From: a virus
Reading direction: 5' to 3' (one strand)
IMG/VR virus record: IMGVR_UViG_3300007722_000005
Location: 28,206-92,205 of that record
DNA length: 64,000 bases
Shown: positions 32,602 to 42,324 of the stretch, in pieces
Layout: each line of letters opens with the position of its first letter
How positions within the stretch are numbered: the first letter of the stretch is position 1
Program-made: the position numbers and the translations under genes
The notes under the pieces: generated by a model
Told to the model about the DNA's origin: nothing
Databases searched by the model: none
What the model saw: only the letters and a program-made list of their open reading frames with translations

Positions 32602-34313
32602 GCTGCAATCCTCGAAAAGTTTTTGTGTTTCTCAAACTTAATAATGTTAGTGAACCTATCAAACAATTGATCCCCTTTGTGGCTTATTATAAACATGTTA
32701 TTATCTTTTGTCAACGTATTTAAAATCTTCATAAATTCTTCCGTCCCTGAGCTGTCGAGCGAACTATCGAAAACCTCATCCATAATCAATAGGTTTGTCG
32801 ATGCACTGTTCCTCATTTTGGCAATAGATCTCCACGTGAACAAAAGTGCGAGATCGATTCGCATCTTCTCGCCTTCAGAGAAGCTTTGATACGTAAAGTC
32901 ATCACGGAACCTTGACCTAATTGTTTCTTCAAACTTCTCGTTGAGTTCAAATTGAACAAAAAAGTCCATTGATGCAAGGTATTTGTTTACGAGTTTGTTC
33001 ATGATCGGAATATACTGCTTGATTATCTTTGTCTTGATACCCGTGTCCTTGAGAAGAAATCCGGCGACTTCAATGATCTGCTTATCTTTTTGTAGTTCCT
33101 CTAGCTTTTGTGTAGATTGTTTCTGAATAGCTTTGATTGTTGCAATTTCATTCTCGTTTGTACTTATATGGACATTGTTTGATTGTGCCGCAACGATATC
33201 TTTTTCGTGGTTAGCTGTTGTCCTATCGTTCAACGCAATCTCATTCAGCGCTGTTTTTCTTGCAATCTCATATTGGCCAACCTTTTTGGATATCTCCTCG
33301 ATTAATGTAGCAATAGCGGTACCTCGAGAAATTTTAGCAGCAATTCTAACGAGCCCATCTTCAACATCAACAAGCTTGTTCTGCTTTTGTTCAACGTTTG
33401 AGCTCCTAAAATGATCATCAATAGATTGCAAGCATGTCGGGCAGTCGTCAGTTGTTTGTAGGAACTTAATTTCCTTAACCAACTTCTGCTTACGGTCTTC
33501 AAGTGTGCACTCTATTTCTATCAACGTGTTATGAATAGTCCTCTTCTTTTCAAGTTGAGGAAGGGCTGCACTTGTAGCAACAATACTACTATCTATTTGT
33601 GCAATATCGTCCTGAATACCTTTGTTCGTTTGCTTAATCTCTTTGATTGTAGCTTGCTTCTGAAGAACAACTTCGTCATTAGCTTTCGCCATGATTTCGA
33701 TGTGTTGTAGATGTATTTTGATCTTCTCTGTAGCAAGCTTAATGTCAGATTCCGCTCCCATTATCTGCTCTCTGTTGTCAACTACCTTCTGCTTTAACAG
33801 AACATTCATTTTGGAGAATATGTTGATGTCCAAAAGGTCTTCGATGATCTCTCTGCGATTTGTGGCAGACAGTTGCATGAATGGTGTGAACGATGCAGAT
33901 CCAAGAATAACAATTTGGTTAAATGCTTTTTGATTAAACTTGAGGATGTGCTTTTCGAGATATTCTTGATACTGTTTGACGTCAGCATGCTGATCTATTA
34001 GTTGGTCGTCAACATATATTTCAAAGACATTGGGTTTGAGTCCACGACGAATTGTATATTGCTTGCCGCCGATCGTAAGATCAACCTCAACAACAGCATC
34101 CTTTTTGTTTATCGAGTTAACAAGCTGTGCTTTTTGTATGTTGCGGAACGGCCGTCCATAGAGGACGAACGACAGTGCATCGAGTATCGTCGACTTTCCT
34201 GCACCGTTTTCACCAACGACGAGCGTTGATCCTCGTTTCGAGAGATCAACCTCAGTGATTGTGTTGCCTGTTGATAGAAAATTTTTCCACCGAATTTTCT
34301 GAAATAACATCAT
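32598..34313 (-). CDS. 46: recombination endonuclease, SbcC-like subunit (gp46)
   Basis: GENGAGKS, CPTC hook, FSEGE, MDEVFD. Confidence 0.97.
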   Translation of the reverse strand: MMLFQKIRWKNFLSTGNTITEVDLSKRGSTLVVGENGAGKSTILDALSFVLYGRPFRNIQKAQLVNSINKKDAVVEVDLTIGGKQYTIRRGLKPNVFEIYVDDQLIDQHADVKQYQEYLEKHILKFNQKAFNQIVILGSASFTPFMQLSATNRREIIEDLLDINIFSKMNVLLKQKVVDNREQIMGAESDIKLATEKIKIHLQHIEIMAKANDEVVLQKQATIKEIKQTNKGIQDDIAQIDSSIVATSAALPQLEKKRTIHNTLIEIECTLEDRKQKLVKEIKFLQTTDDCPTCLQSIDDHFRSSNVEQKQNKLVDVEDGLVRIAAKISRGTAIATLIEEISKKVGQYEIARKTALNEIALNDRTTANHEKDIVAAQSNNVHISTNENEIATIKAIQKQSTQKLEELQKDKQIIEVAGFLLKDTGIKTKIIKQYIPIMNKLVNKYLASMDFFVQFELNEKFEETIRSRFRDDFTYQSFSEGEKMRIDLALLFTWRSIAKMRNSASTNLLIMDEVFDSSLDSSGTEEFMKILNTLTKDNNMFIISHKGDQLFDRFTNIIKFEKHKNFSRIAA

Positions 34314-35368
34314 TCTAGTGATATTGCATCATGATAAAGGTTTCTCAATACACCCTCGAGCCTTGGTTTATCAACAGCTACCTGGAGCTGCTGTATATAC
34401 TTACTTACTAGCGAAAGCGTGTCCTCTGCTTCGTTGATGATATCAGAATCTTCTTCCATATTGAGGTTCATGTGATCATCAACAACCTGCAATGACGCCA
34501 CATTCTTCTTCTCAATTATATCTACCATCAAGTCGAAGTTGTGTGGGTTTGTTTTGTTTGATACGACAATCTTAACGAACTTGCCCGTTAGGTTTTGTGG
34601 ATTAAATGTTTTGATATCAATTGGGTTCTTAACGTCGTCATAGTATATTTTGTGGAACATTAATAGTGGGTTCTCAATGAACTCGAGGCTGCGTGTGTTC
34701 GTGTCAAAGATGTGAAACCCTCGAGGGTCATCGTAATCGGACCAAGTCATCTCATAAGGTGCACCGAGATAGTTGATGTTGTCGCGGGTTGATTTGTGGT
34801 GGTAGTGACCTGAGCAGACAATATCGAACTTCTTGAACATTGAAGCGCTGTATCCTATGTTGATCATTGATCCCTTATACATCTCAAATCCCTGAAGCTC
34901 AAGGTGTCCAAAACATACCTGGGCTTTTGTGTCATTTATGAATCTAACGGTTTCGTCGACGTTGTCTTCACATATCCACGGAATTAAAGCAATCTCTACC
35001 CCATCAACTATTATGCTGCGAGGGCCTGCATGCACTATAATATTGTTGTATTCCTTAAGCAGCAGATCCGGTGAGTTAATCTTGTTGGTGTTTTTGTAGT
35101 ATGTGCAGTGATTTCCAACAATAACATCGTGACGTATTTCCCGAGCAGCTACCTCATTAAACCAATACCCCCTACAACGATCCAATGAAAAATAGTTCAC
35201 ATATTTTCGACGGTCGAATGTGTCACCAAGATCAATAATATGCTTAATATTGTGTTTATCAATATAAGGGAAAAACACGCTACCATAAAATTGTTCAAAA
35301 TGTTTGTGAAAAACTTCTGAGTCGTTACGAGCTCCAAAATGCTGATCAGTAATCAGAGCTATCTTCAT
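34310..35368 (-). CDS. 47: recombination endonuclease, SbcD-like subunit (gp47)
   Basis: TDQHFG, GDTFDRRK, GNH, GHYH. Confidence 0.97.
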   Translation of the reverse strand: MKIALITDQHFGARNDSEVFHKHFEQFYGSVFFPYIDKHNIKHIIDLGDTFDRRKYVNYFSLDRCRGYWFNEVAAREIRHDVIVGNHCTYYKNTNKINSPDLLLKEYNNIIVHAGPRSIIVDGVEIALIPWICEDNVDETVRFINDTKAQVCFGHLELQGFEMYKGSMINIGYSASMFKKFDIVCSGHYHHKSTRDNINYLGAPYEMTWSDYDDPRGFHIFDTNTRSLEFIENPLLMFHKIYYDDVKNPIDIKTFNPQNLTGKFVKIVVSNKTNPHNFDLMVDIIEKKNVASLQVVDDHMNLNMEEDSDIINEAEDTLSLVSKYIQQLQVAVDKPRLEGVLRNLYHDAISLE

Positions 35369-35938
35369 TTAATCATCCGTAAATTTCTCCACGCCTTTTT
35401 TGGCTTTTGCCCTCTTATTTTTTAACTTCTTCTCTCTAAGAGTATCCTCGAAAGCCTTGATAAAGTCAACAGTGTGTTGGTCGGAAACTAAATGTTGTGT
35501 CGTGTTATGAGGATCCTCATTATTACTTTGTTCGACAAGCTCATCAAATATCATTGACGACTCTGTCACCTTATGTTTAATATATGTCTGCTTGCGTTCC
35601 TTCAGTATTCGACGAAGAAAGGCGTAGTATATTATTTGTGTGAAGTATGCAAAAGGATTTTCCGACTTTGCTGGGTCGAAGTTGTCAAAATAGCTGACAC
35701 AATTCTCAATACCATCGCTAATCATTTCATCACGAAACGTATAGTTGATAAATTGGTGTTTGTGTGACAGTCCTTCTGCGATAGCCATTAAGCAAACGGC
35801 TATTGGTCCAGGGATCTGCGGCTTTTCCTTCTTCTTCTTTTTTGCGATGATACAATCGCTCTTGTACTTGATGATCATCTCGTACAGTTGCTTATTGTTT
35901 ACATAATGATTAGGTTTTGCTTTTGGTTGTGTAGCCAT
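35369..35938 (-). CDS. 55: late transcription sigma factor (gp55)
   Basis: HYVNNK, EMISDGIENC, NPFAYFTQI. Confidence 0.96.
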   Translation of the reverse strand: MATQPKAKPNHYVNNKQLYEMIIKYKSDCIIAKKKKKEKPQIPGPIAVCLMAIAEGLSHKHQFINYTFRDEMISDGIENCVSYFDNFDPAKSENPFAYFTQIIYYAFLRRILKERKQTYIKHKVTESSMIFDELVEQSNNEDPHNTTQHLVSDQHTVDFIKAFEDTLREKKLKNKRAKAKKGVEKFTDD

Positions 35939-36009
35939 ATAGTATAATATCTTTCCCCCGATACTGGGATTATAATGATTCAAATAATGAAAGTCAACAG
36001 TTCTTTTAA

Positions 36010-36399
36010 TTAATTTAAAGGGCCATTAAAACCTTCAAGGATAGCTTTGTACATAGTTTCTGTTGGCGAATCTGATGTATTTGAAGCTCGGTCGAGCTCC
36101 TCACTTATGATACCATCAATCTCTTTGACCATTTGATCAACAGCTATCTCGTAGTATCCTCCCATACCCTCTATAACACCTGCCTCGGATACAATCAACG
36201 ATCGCTCAAAAGAGATATCGCGGGTATTCGCAAACTGCATATATCTTGTCAATGAAACATGTGGAAGGCTTGAGAATTCGTTCTTATAGTTGATTTGAAC
36301 AGGGTTTGTTAAAACCAATTGTGTTGGCGTTCTCTTTTTAATATTACCAATAACCTCGATACCACTTATCAGCTTAATTAGCGTTGGTTTCTTTTTCAT
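36010..36399 (-). CDS. conserved T4-like Sm-fold hypothetical protein
   Basis: IKLISGIEVI; position between uvsW and gp55. Confidence 0.6.
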   Translation of the reverse strand: MKKKPTLIKLISGIEVIGNIKKRTPTQLVLTNPVQINYKNEFSSLPHVSLTRYMQFANTRDISFERSLIVSEAGVIEGMGGYYEIAVDQMVKEIDGIISEELDRASNTSDSPTETMYKAILEGFNGPLN

Positions 36400-37856
36400 A
36401 GATCTACGTTGTATATCTTATAATTAAAACCGCTTTCGTCATACACACCCACTCTTTCGTGGAAATGCCTCAAAGTAATATTGGGTTTGGGATTTAGTTT
36501 ATTTTTTGGGTTATGTGTCAAGTCGTCGGCAATATCAAAAAGAGTGGCCATATCTTTTCCGTCACTCTTTCGTAAAGACCTTCCAATCGACTGAAGAACA
36601 GTAATACTTGATTTAAATGAGCTTGCGAAGATGACGTTATGTAGTTTTGGCACGTTAACGCCCTTGCTAAAGCTACCAACAGAAGCGACAGTAATACTGT
36701 TATCTTCGTTGTTAATTTGTAACCTTATTTTATTTCTCTCCTCACCAGGAACACCACCGTGAATAAAGTATATCTTGCGATCAACTTTATTATGCTCAAC
36801 GATATCATCATACAGAACCTTTCCGTGCCTCTCTACAAAGCGGAAAAGAACAAGCGTGTTTCCTTTGAGTGAAAGCGCGAGGTTGCGAACGAACTTGTTT
36901 CGTTGGTTGTGGGTGACAATAAAATCGATTTCTTCTGCAAAATCCATTTTCTTTACTAGGGCAGCAGATTCCTCTGAGTGTTTGAGCACGATAGCCTTAA
37001 TTCGGAAAGGAGATAGGTATCCCTTGTCGATTAACTCTGATGTTGTAGCTACCCTCAAAACGGGACCAAAGAGCCCCTCAAGAACAAGCTCGTTCGTTTC
37101 CGAACCATCTAAAGTTCCTGTAAACCCCACCCTAAAGCTGGCCTCAGACACACTTTCCATAACCTTCTTTAGACTCGCGGCTGCAAACAAGTGCACTTCG
37201 TCACCAAACACCGCTTTAAAACGCTTAAACCACGCCTTCTTAAGCTTAACAATTGATTGCCACGTCGTGATAGTGATGGCGCGATTGACTTCCGTGTCTT
37301 GCCCCTGATAGATGAGGTGTATGTCGTATGGATCACAACCGTAATCGATAAAATCTGTTTTGATCTGGTGAACAAGGCTAACGGAATCAACAACAATAAG
37401 AACGTTGGCTCCTATCATCCGCGAAAGCACGTAAAGAATGAGGGATTTTCCAGAGGCTGTCGGGGAAAGTATTACCCCCCGTCTATTTCTTGTGCAATGA
37501 ACTATAGCGTCTTTTTGAAAGTAGTGAAGGTCGAACGGAAGGTTGAGTGACTTTATAAAATCATCTAGCTCAACAAGAGATACGTTCGTGGCGCCTGGTG
37601 TGTTGTCGCAGATACTGTAATCTCGTGCTGCAGCGAATTGTTTTATTTTACCAACAAGCCCTGTGTAGATTGTTTGGTTCATCATATTGAACAATCTGAT
37701 CTTGCCGTCCCAAATCTTATCCTTAAACTTCTGCATGTACCTAGCATTAGGAACCATAAAAGTAAAGTTATCACTAATCTCCATTGCAATACTACGCTCA
37801 CAGATTATCTGAACGTGTGATGCATCTACAGGATTAATTGTGATATCAAAATTCAT
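36396..37856 (-). CDS. uvsW: SF2 helicase UvsW
   Basis: SPTASGKS, DEVH, QSIGRSLR. Confidence 0.96.
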   Translation of the reverse strand: MNFDITINPVDASHVQIICERSIAMEISDNFTFMVPNARYMQKFKDKIWDGKIRLFNMMNQTIYTGLVGKIKQFAAARDYSICDNTPGATNVSLVELDDFIKSLNLPFDLHYFQKDAIVHCTRNRRGVILSPTASGKSLILYVLSRMIGANVLIVVDSVSLVHQIKTDFIDYGCDPYDIHLIYQGQDTEVNRAITITTWQSIVKLKKAWFKRFKAVFGDEVHLFAAASLKKVMESVSEASFRVGFTGTLDGSETNELVLEGLFGPVLRVATTSELIDKGYLSPFRIKAIVLKHSEESAALVKKMDFAEEIDFIVTHNQRNKFVRNLALSLKGNTLVLFRFVERHGKVLYDDIVEHNKVDRKIYFIHGGVPGEERNKIRLQINNEDNSITVASVGSFSKGVNVPKLHNVIFASSFKSSITVLQSIGRSLRKSDGKDMATLFDIADDLTHNPKNKLNPKPNITLRHFHERVGVYDESGFNYKIYNVDL

Positions 37857-38290
37857 TACGATCCTTGTGTAAACTTCATCCAATCAATAGCAGACTTGAT
37901 GTTAAATCCTCGCGTCGAGAGTGACTTTATAATTGATTCGAGAAAGTCGACTCGCTCTTGAATAATATCAATATGTAGCTGTTGATTAATTAGGTCATCA
38001 TCAGCTTCAAGATACATTGATAACTCGTTTTTCATAATACGAAGAGACATTGGTTCCCAATTACGAAACTTCAACTCCTCCTCACTCATTGTCCCAGTGT
38101 AGTATTCGTACTTTGCTTTATACAATTTCTTGAGGTCGGTGAAGAGCTTCTTTAACCTCAGGCGCTCTTCACTATAAATCTTAAAATACTTTACGTGGAG
38201 CTTTGCAATGTCGAGAGATGATTGGCCAAGGTCTAATCGGTCAATGATGCTGTCTTTCTCCCACAATTCTTGTATGTCATTCAACTTCAT
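37856..38290 (-). CDS. uvsY: recombination mediator UvsY
   Basis: WEKDSIID, YYTG, RGFNIKSAIDW. Confidence 0.9.
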   Translation of the reverse strand: MKLNDIQELWEKDSIIDRLDLGQSSLDIAKLHVKYFKIYSEERLRLKKLFTDLKKLYKAKYEYYTGTMSEEELKFRNWEPMSLRIMKNELSMYLEADDDLINQQLHIDIIQERVDFLESIIKSLSTRGFNIKSAIDWMKFTQGS

Positions 38291-38350
38291 TTCACTACTC
38301 CAAAATAATAATATCGATATTATAACATATTGCAGGGGAAAGGTCAACGA

Positions 38351-38899
38351 TTACAGGCGGGCAATTTTAAACCTTCTAAAAGCAAAAGTTACTGTCGCGC
38401 TTGCGTGGACAACGTCACTTTCGGTTGAGGAAAAAGGAATCTCAGAAAGACTTGTAGGAAAAGCTTCGATGAAAGTAATCTGGTGTAGAGGGTTCATTGC
38501 ACTCGAAAGAATTGTTAAAGTAGCATCAGAGTATATACCGTGTCCCGTCATTCGATCTGTGAGACCGGTGATCACTCCACCGCGTCGCTCATCAATTGCT
38601 TTGAATTCATCAAACTCATCCGGAAAACCCATTGCAATCATCCAATCAAAGATCTCGAGGTAATTATCTAGATTCTCGTCGACCTTGAATGTGACGGAAA
38701 GGTCACCAAACTCGAGGTGATCACCAGCCAAAGGAATTCGTATAAACGGGCTAGGAACATTACTTTGCCCTAACGTCAGGTTTGGTAGCGTGACGTTTTG
38801 AACGAAGTAGTTGATCGACGGCGTTTTGTTGATCGTGAACTTAAATCCAAGAGGTGAAAGAAAGTTCTGATTCGCTGGTTGATTTGAAATTGTGGACAC
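38351..38899 (-). CDS. 3: tail tube terminator / tail completion protein (gp3-like)
   Basis: NFLSPLGFKF, VDENLDNY, SDATL, AFPTSLS. Confidence 0.88.
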   Translation of the reverse strand: MSTISNQPANQNFLSPLGFKFTINKTPSINYFVQNVTLPNLTLGQSNVPSPFIRIPLAGDHLEFGDLSVTFKVDENLDNYLEIFDWMIAMGFPDEFDEFKAIDERRGGVITGLTDRMTGHGIYSDATLTILSSAMNPLHQITFIEAFPTSLSEIPFSSTESDVVHASATVTFAFRRFKIARL

Positions 38900-38926
38900 G
38901 TAATCTCCTTTATCCTATTTATCAAC

Positions 38927-38956
38927 GAAAAAAAAGGGGATCCGAAGATCCCCTGT
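38927..38956 (-). terminator. intrinsic terminator after gp23
   Basis: GGGGAUC-UUCG-GAUCCCC plus U-run. Confidence 0.9.
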
Positions 38957-38988
38957 TTAATGTAACTACTCGTTTATTATAGTTATTA

Positions 38989-40335
38989 TTATAGAATATT
39001 ATCCACAAGAACGCGACGGTAGTACACGTTGCTATCCTTGGTGATAGCACCAAGACCAGCTGTTGAACCTTCGGCGTATGGATTTGCGACAATTCCGTAA
39101 CGTGTCTTAAATCCAATTTTTGGTTGGAAGCTGTCTTGATCAACAGCACGAACCATTTGGAGCGGTACGTATGGGCAGTAGAAAAGCCCGGCGTCAAATG
39201 CACTTGATCCCTTGTAACCAACAACCATGTAGTTGCCGGTTGAGTATGGATCGATATAAACGCGGATGCGACCGTTTAGAACACCGGCGAATGTGTTGCC
39301 AGTATCATCAACGTTCAATGCGTTAGAGTTAAGTGCAGGTGCGTAGTCAAGAACACCAGCCATTTGAAGAGCAGAAGCTACATCGCTCGAGCAGATGATG
39401 ATGTTACCTTTACCACGTCGTGTCGCCTTTGCGATCGCGTTACTTTCACGTTCAACTTGGAACATCAAGCCCTTGAACTTTTCAACTGACCAACGACCGT
39501 TTGCATCTGTATCAAGGTCGAAGCGGCCGACTGTCGTTGTGCCTGAAGCAGCACCACGCGTTGCTGTTACTAGAACAGTACGAACGATTTCACGGTTGAT
39601 TTCAGCAAGAATTTCCGAAGAAAGAATGTTGCTGAGTTCTGTTTCTGCGTCAAGACCATGAATTGCTTTCAAGTCTTGTGCAAGTTCCATTGTGTATTCT
39701 GCTTTCAAGGCACGCGATTGTGCTGTAACAGATACTTTTTCAATGCTGAATGCCATTTGTGGAATAGCTGTATTACCAGTTGTTCCAAGAGCTTCAGACT
39801 GCGACGTTGGCATTGCATCACCAAAGTTGTAGATGCCGGTTTCTGCTAGGTTAGCAGTGCCGCTTGTTGTGTTACCTGGGTATCCACCAACGTGCTTGTC
39901 ACCAAGCGTATTAGCATTACCAACAACAGAAGCGTGTGAAGTGTTAACTTCGTTGTAGAAGGTTTCAGTACCGACCTGGTTAGCGTAACGAGCGCGCATT
40001 GCGAAAATCAAGCCTGTTGGGCCTGTCATTGGCTGAACGCCGCAGATATCGTATGCGATCAAATTAGGCATTGCACGACGGACGAGGCTGATCAACACAG
40101 GATCGAATGTGTCGATTGAAGCACCACCATCCCCAGCTTGCGCGGTGTTAACAGGCAAACCACCTTCACTCAATAGCGATGAGCGAGTGTACTGCTGACC
40201 TTCGCGGAGTGCGCGTTCTGTATTTTCCAACAGAACTGATGTGACGCCACGCCGGTGAGCATCGGCGATCTTTGGTAGATCTTCGTGCTCAAGAATTGGC
40301 TTCCATTTTTGTTGTAGATCTTCGGATAGGTACAT
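38989..40335 (-). CDS. 23: major capsid protein (gp23)
   Basis: GVQPMTGPTGLIFAMR, SRALKAEY, FYCPYVPL, GFKTRYG. Confidence 0.99.
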   Translation of the reverse strand: MYLSEDLQQKWKPILEHEDLPKIADAHRRGVTSVLLENTERALREGQQYTRSSLLSEGGLPVNTAQAGDGGASIDTFDPVLISLVRRAMPNLIAYDICGVQPMTGPTGLIFAMRARYANQVGTETFYNEVNTSHASVVGNANTLGDKHVGGYPGNTTSGTANLAETGIYNFGDAMPTSQSEALGTTGNTAIPQMAFSIEKVSVTAQSRALKAEYTMELAQDLKAIHGLDAETELSNILSSEILAEINREIVRTVLVTATRGAASGTTTVGRFDLDTDANGRWSVEKFKGLMFQVERESNAIAKATRRGKGNIIICSSDVASALQMAGVLDYAPALNSNALNVDDTGNTFAGVLNGRIRVYIDPYSTGNYMVVGYKGSSAFDAGLFYCPYVPLQMVRAVDQDSFQPKIGFKTRYGIVANPYAEGSTAGLGAITKDSNVYYRRVLVDNIL

Positions 40336-40362
40336 ATAATTCTCCTTACGAGTTGTTTTTAT

Positions 40363-40370
40363 TATTTATA
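40363..40370 (-). promoter_or_regulatory. T4-type late promoter TATAAATA; further minus-strand copies start at 5393, 6529, 8887, 43974, 46392, 46996, 50215 and 54947
   Basis: Exact gp55 consensus upstream of structural genes. Confidence 0.85.
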
Positions 40371-40372
40371 AA

Positions 40373-41338
40373 TTAACGATTTTTAACGGTGCGGGAAATT
40401 GCAGCAGCGTAGTTTGCCATCGGGCCTTTTGTGACCACTTTTGGTTCTTCCACTTCTTCAATTTGTTCAGTTAGGTCTTGAGCTGACGACTTTTTTGAAG
40501 GAAAGTAGTTCTCTTTCAAAATCCCAAGCTTCTTCTGGTACGACTCTGCTGATGTAAACTCTACACCCTCAACGATCGTAGCAAATTTTTCTGCTTCTGT
40601 TGCTGCAAGTCCTTCAGACACTTCGTCAAAAATACTTTGCTGTTCTACAACATCACTTACTTTGCGAAGTTCGATATTTTCTGAAATCTGGCCGTTGAGC
40701 TGCTCTTCGAGTTCTGCAACACGATTTGCAAGTTCTTCAACAACGTCAATTTTCTCTTCTGGAATGTCAATGTTGTTTTCTTCAAACAACTGCTTGAGAC
40801 CAGCGATGAATTCTTCAGAAATTTCTGTTTTGATAGAAGACTCAATAGCAACTTGATTTTCTTCCATCCACTGCTCAACAACATAGTTGAGGTACTGATC
40901 AACGTGGGCTGCGAGCTCTTGTTGGTTTTCTTCTTGAATGCTTGCGAACGCTTCTTCGTACTGCGCTGCCAGCTGTTCTTCAATTGTTTTTACTTTTGCT
41001 GCAACAGCCGACTCAAACACGACAACGGCACGCTCTTTGAACTCTTCTGTGAGGTCAGCATCAACAAACATCGCTTCAATTTCTTCCTTCATTGCAACCG
41101 ACGCTTTGTTTGATGCTGCATTGTCAGCTGTTGGTTTTGTGTTGTTGGCTGGGTCAGTTTCTTGAACTTCGCCTTCAAGCTTCTTTGGTTCTAGGTCGCC
41201 TTGGACTTTGCTGTTGCCAGGTCCTTTAGCACGAGTGACCCCACTCGAAGCTGGGTCACCAATAGAAACGCCTGTTGCGCCTCCGCCGGTAACAATCTTC
41301 TCGTCGAGCTTTTCTTTGAATGTTTGTTTTTGTGGCAT
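40373..41338 (-). CDS. 22: prohead core scaffold (gp22)
   Basis: Acidic coiled coil, YLNYVVEQWMEEN; synteny. Confidence 0.93.
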   Translation of the reverse strand: MPQKQTFKEKLDEKIVTGGGATGVSIGDPASSGVTRAKGPGNSKVQGDLEPKKLEGEVQETDPANNTKPTADNAASNKASVAMKEEIEAMFVDADLTEEFKERAVVVFESAVAAKVKTIEEQLAAQYEEAFASIQEENQQELAAHVDQYLNYVVEQWMEENQVAIESSIKTEISEEFIAGLKQLFEENNIDIPEEKIDVVEELANRVAELEEQLNGQISENIELRKVSDVVEQQSIFDEVSEGLAATEAEKFATIVEGVEFTSAESYQKKLGILKENYFPSKKSSAQDLTEQIEEVEEPKVVTKGPMANYAAAISRTVKNR

Positions 41339-41373
41339 AAAAATCTCCTTGTATGTGGTATTATTTAGTTATT

Positions 41374-42033
41374 TTACTTTTTAGAGAGCGAGTTAAGGAA
41401 AGATTCGAATATAGCAAATTTATCCTTGGCAAGCGTTTTTTTGCGGGCTGCTTCGTTAATAGTTTCTTTAATTGCGTCCATTTGCTGAGCCTTCAGGATC
41501 CCATTGTCCCAAACCCACTCAACTCCCTCCATTATTCCCTGCACAAACGCATTCGGAGCAGAAGGATCCGCAACAATATCGCCAGCTGTTGCAAGGTGAA
41601 AGTCGTTTTGGACTTCCATAATACCATTTTTCTCAACAAGAGATCCCATTCCTCGTGACGAAACCCCGAGACTTGCACCCTCAAGAATCAAATTCTTGAC
41701 GATGTTGCCCATTGGTGTTTCCATAATCTTTGCGCGCCCAATAACCTGGTTACCAACAATCTTTAACTCTTTAATCATGTGCGATACACGATCAAGGTTA
41801 ATTGAAGGTCCCTGTGGATGCCCGAGCTCACCATAAGCGCGGTTTGCTTGCACACTTTCCTTGATGTATCTCTCAATAACAGGAATTGTTGTTTCAGAGC
41901 GGTAGATTCGGTTGTTCCGATTCTTTATTTCCATCTCCATGAAAACACCCTCGATGAAGCAGTTTTTCTTACCGTCTTTTTCTTCAACGAGGAGTTTAAC
42001 GTCCTCTGAAATTTCGCAGAATAGCTTCATCAC
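41374..42033 (-). CDS. 21: prohead protease (gp21)
   Basis: GELGHP, GVSSRGMGS, DIVADPSAP. Confidence 0.97.
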   Translation of the reverse strand: MMKLFCEISEDVKLLVEEKDGKKNCFIEGVFMEMEIKNRNNRIYRSETTIPVIERYIKESVQANRAYGELGHPQGPSINLDRVSHMIKELKIVGNQVIGRAKIMETPMGNIVKNLILEGASLGVSSRGMGSLVEKNGIMEVQNDFHLATAGDIVADPSAPNAFVQGIMEGVEWVWDNGILKAQQMDAIKETINEAARKKTLAKDKFAIFESFLNSLSKK

Positions 42034-42042
42034 ATTATCCTT

Positions 42043-42324
42043 TTAGTAAAATCCAATTGGAGCACCCTTGGCTATGTCAGCCGTGTTTGCTTCGATTGTG
42101 TCGGAAGGGTTTTTCATTAAACATTCACCGCTAAAATCTGTTGCCGACGACCCGATTGTAAACGATCCAAGGACTGTATTGGACGTGTCACGAAGAGTGA
42201 TCAGAACGTGGTTTGATGCGTCAGTGTTTACTATTCGCACAATAGTTGAATTTGCAAACGTGCTGCGGTTGGCATTAATACCAACGTTCGCCTCTACACC
42301 CTTAATTTTAATATTATCGGCCAT
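42043..42324 (-). CDS. hypothetical virion protein
   Basis: Position in the head module. Confidence 0.6.
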   Translation of the reverse strand: MADNIKIKGVEANVGINANRSTFANSTIVRIVNTDASNHVLITLRDTSNTVLGSFTIGSSATDFSGECLMKNPSDTIEANTADIAKGAPIGFY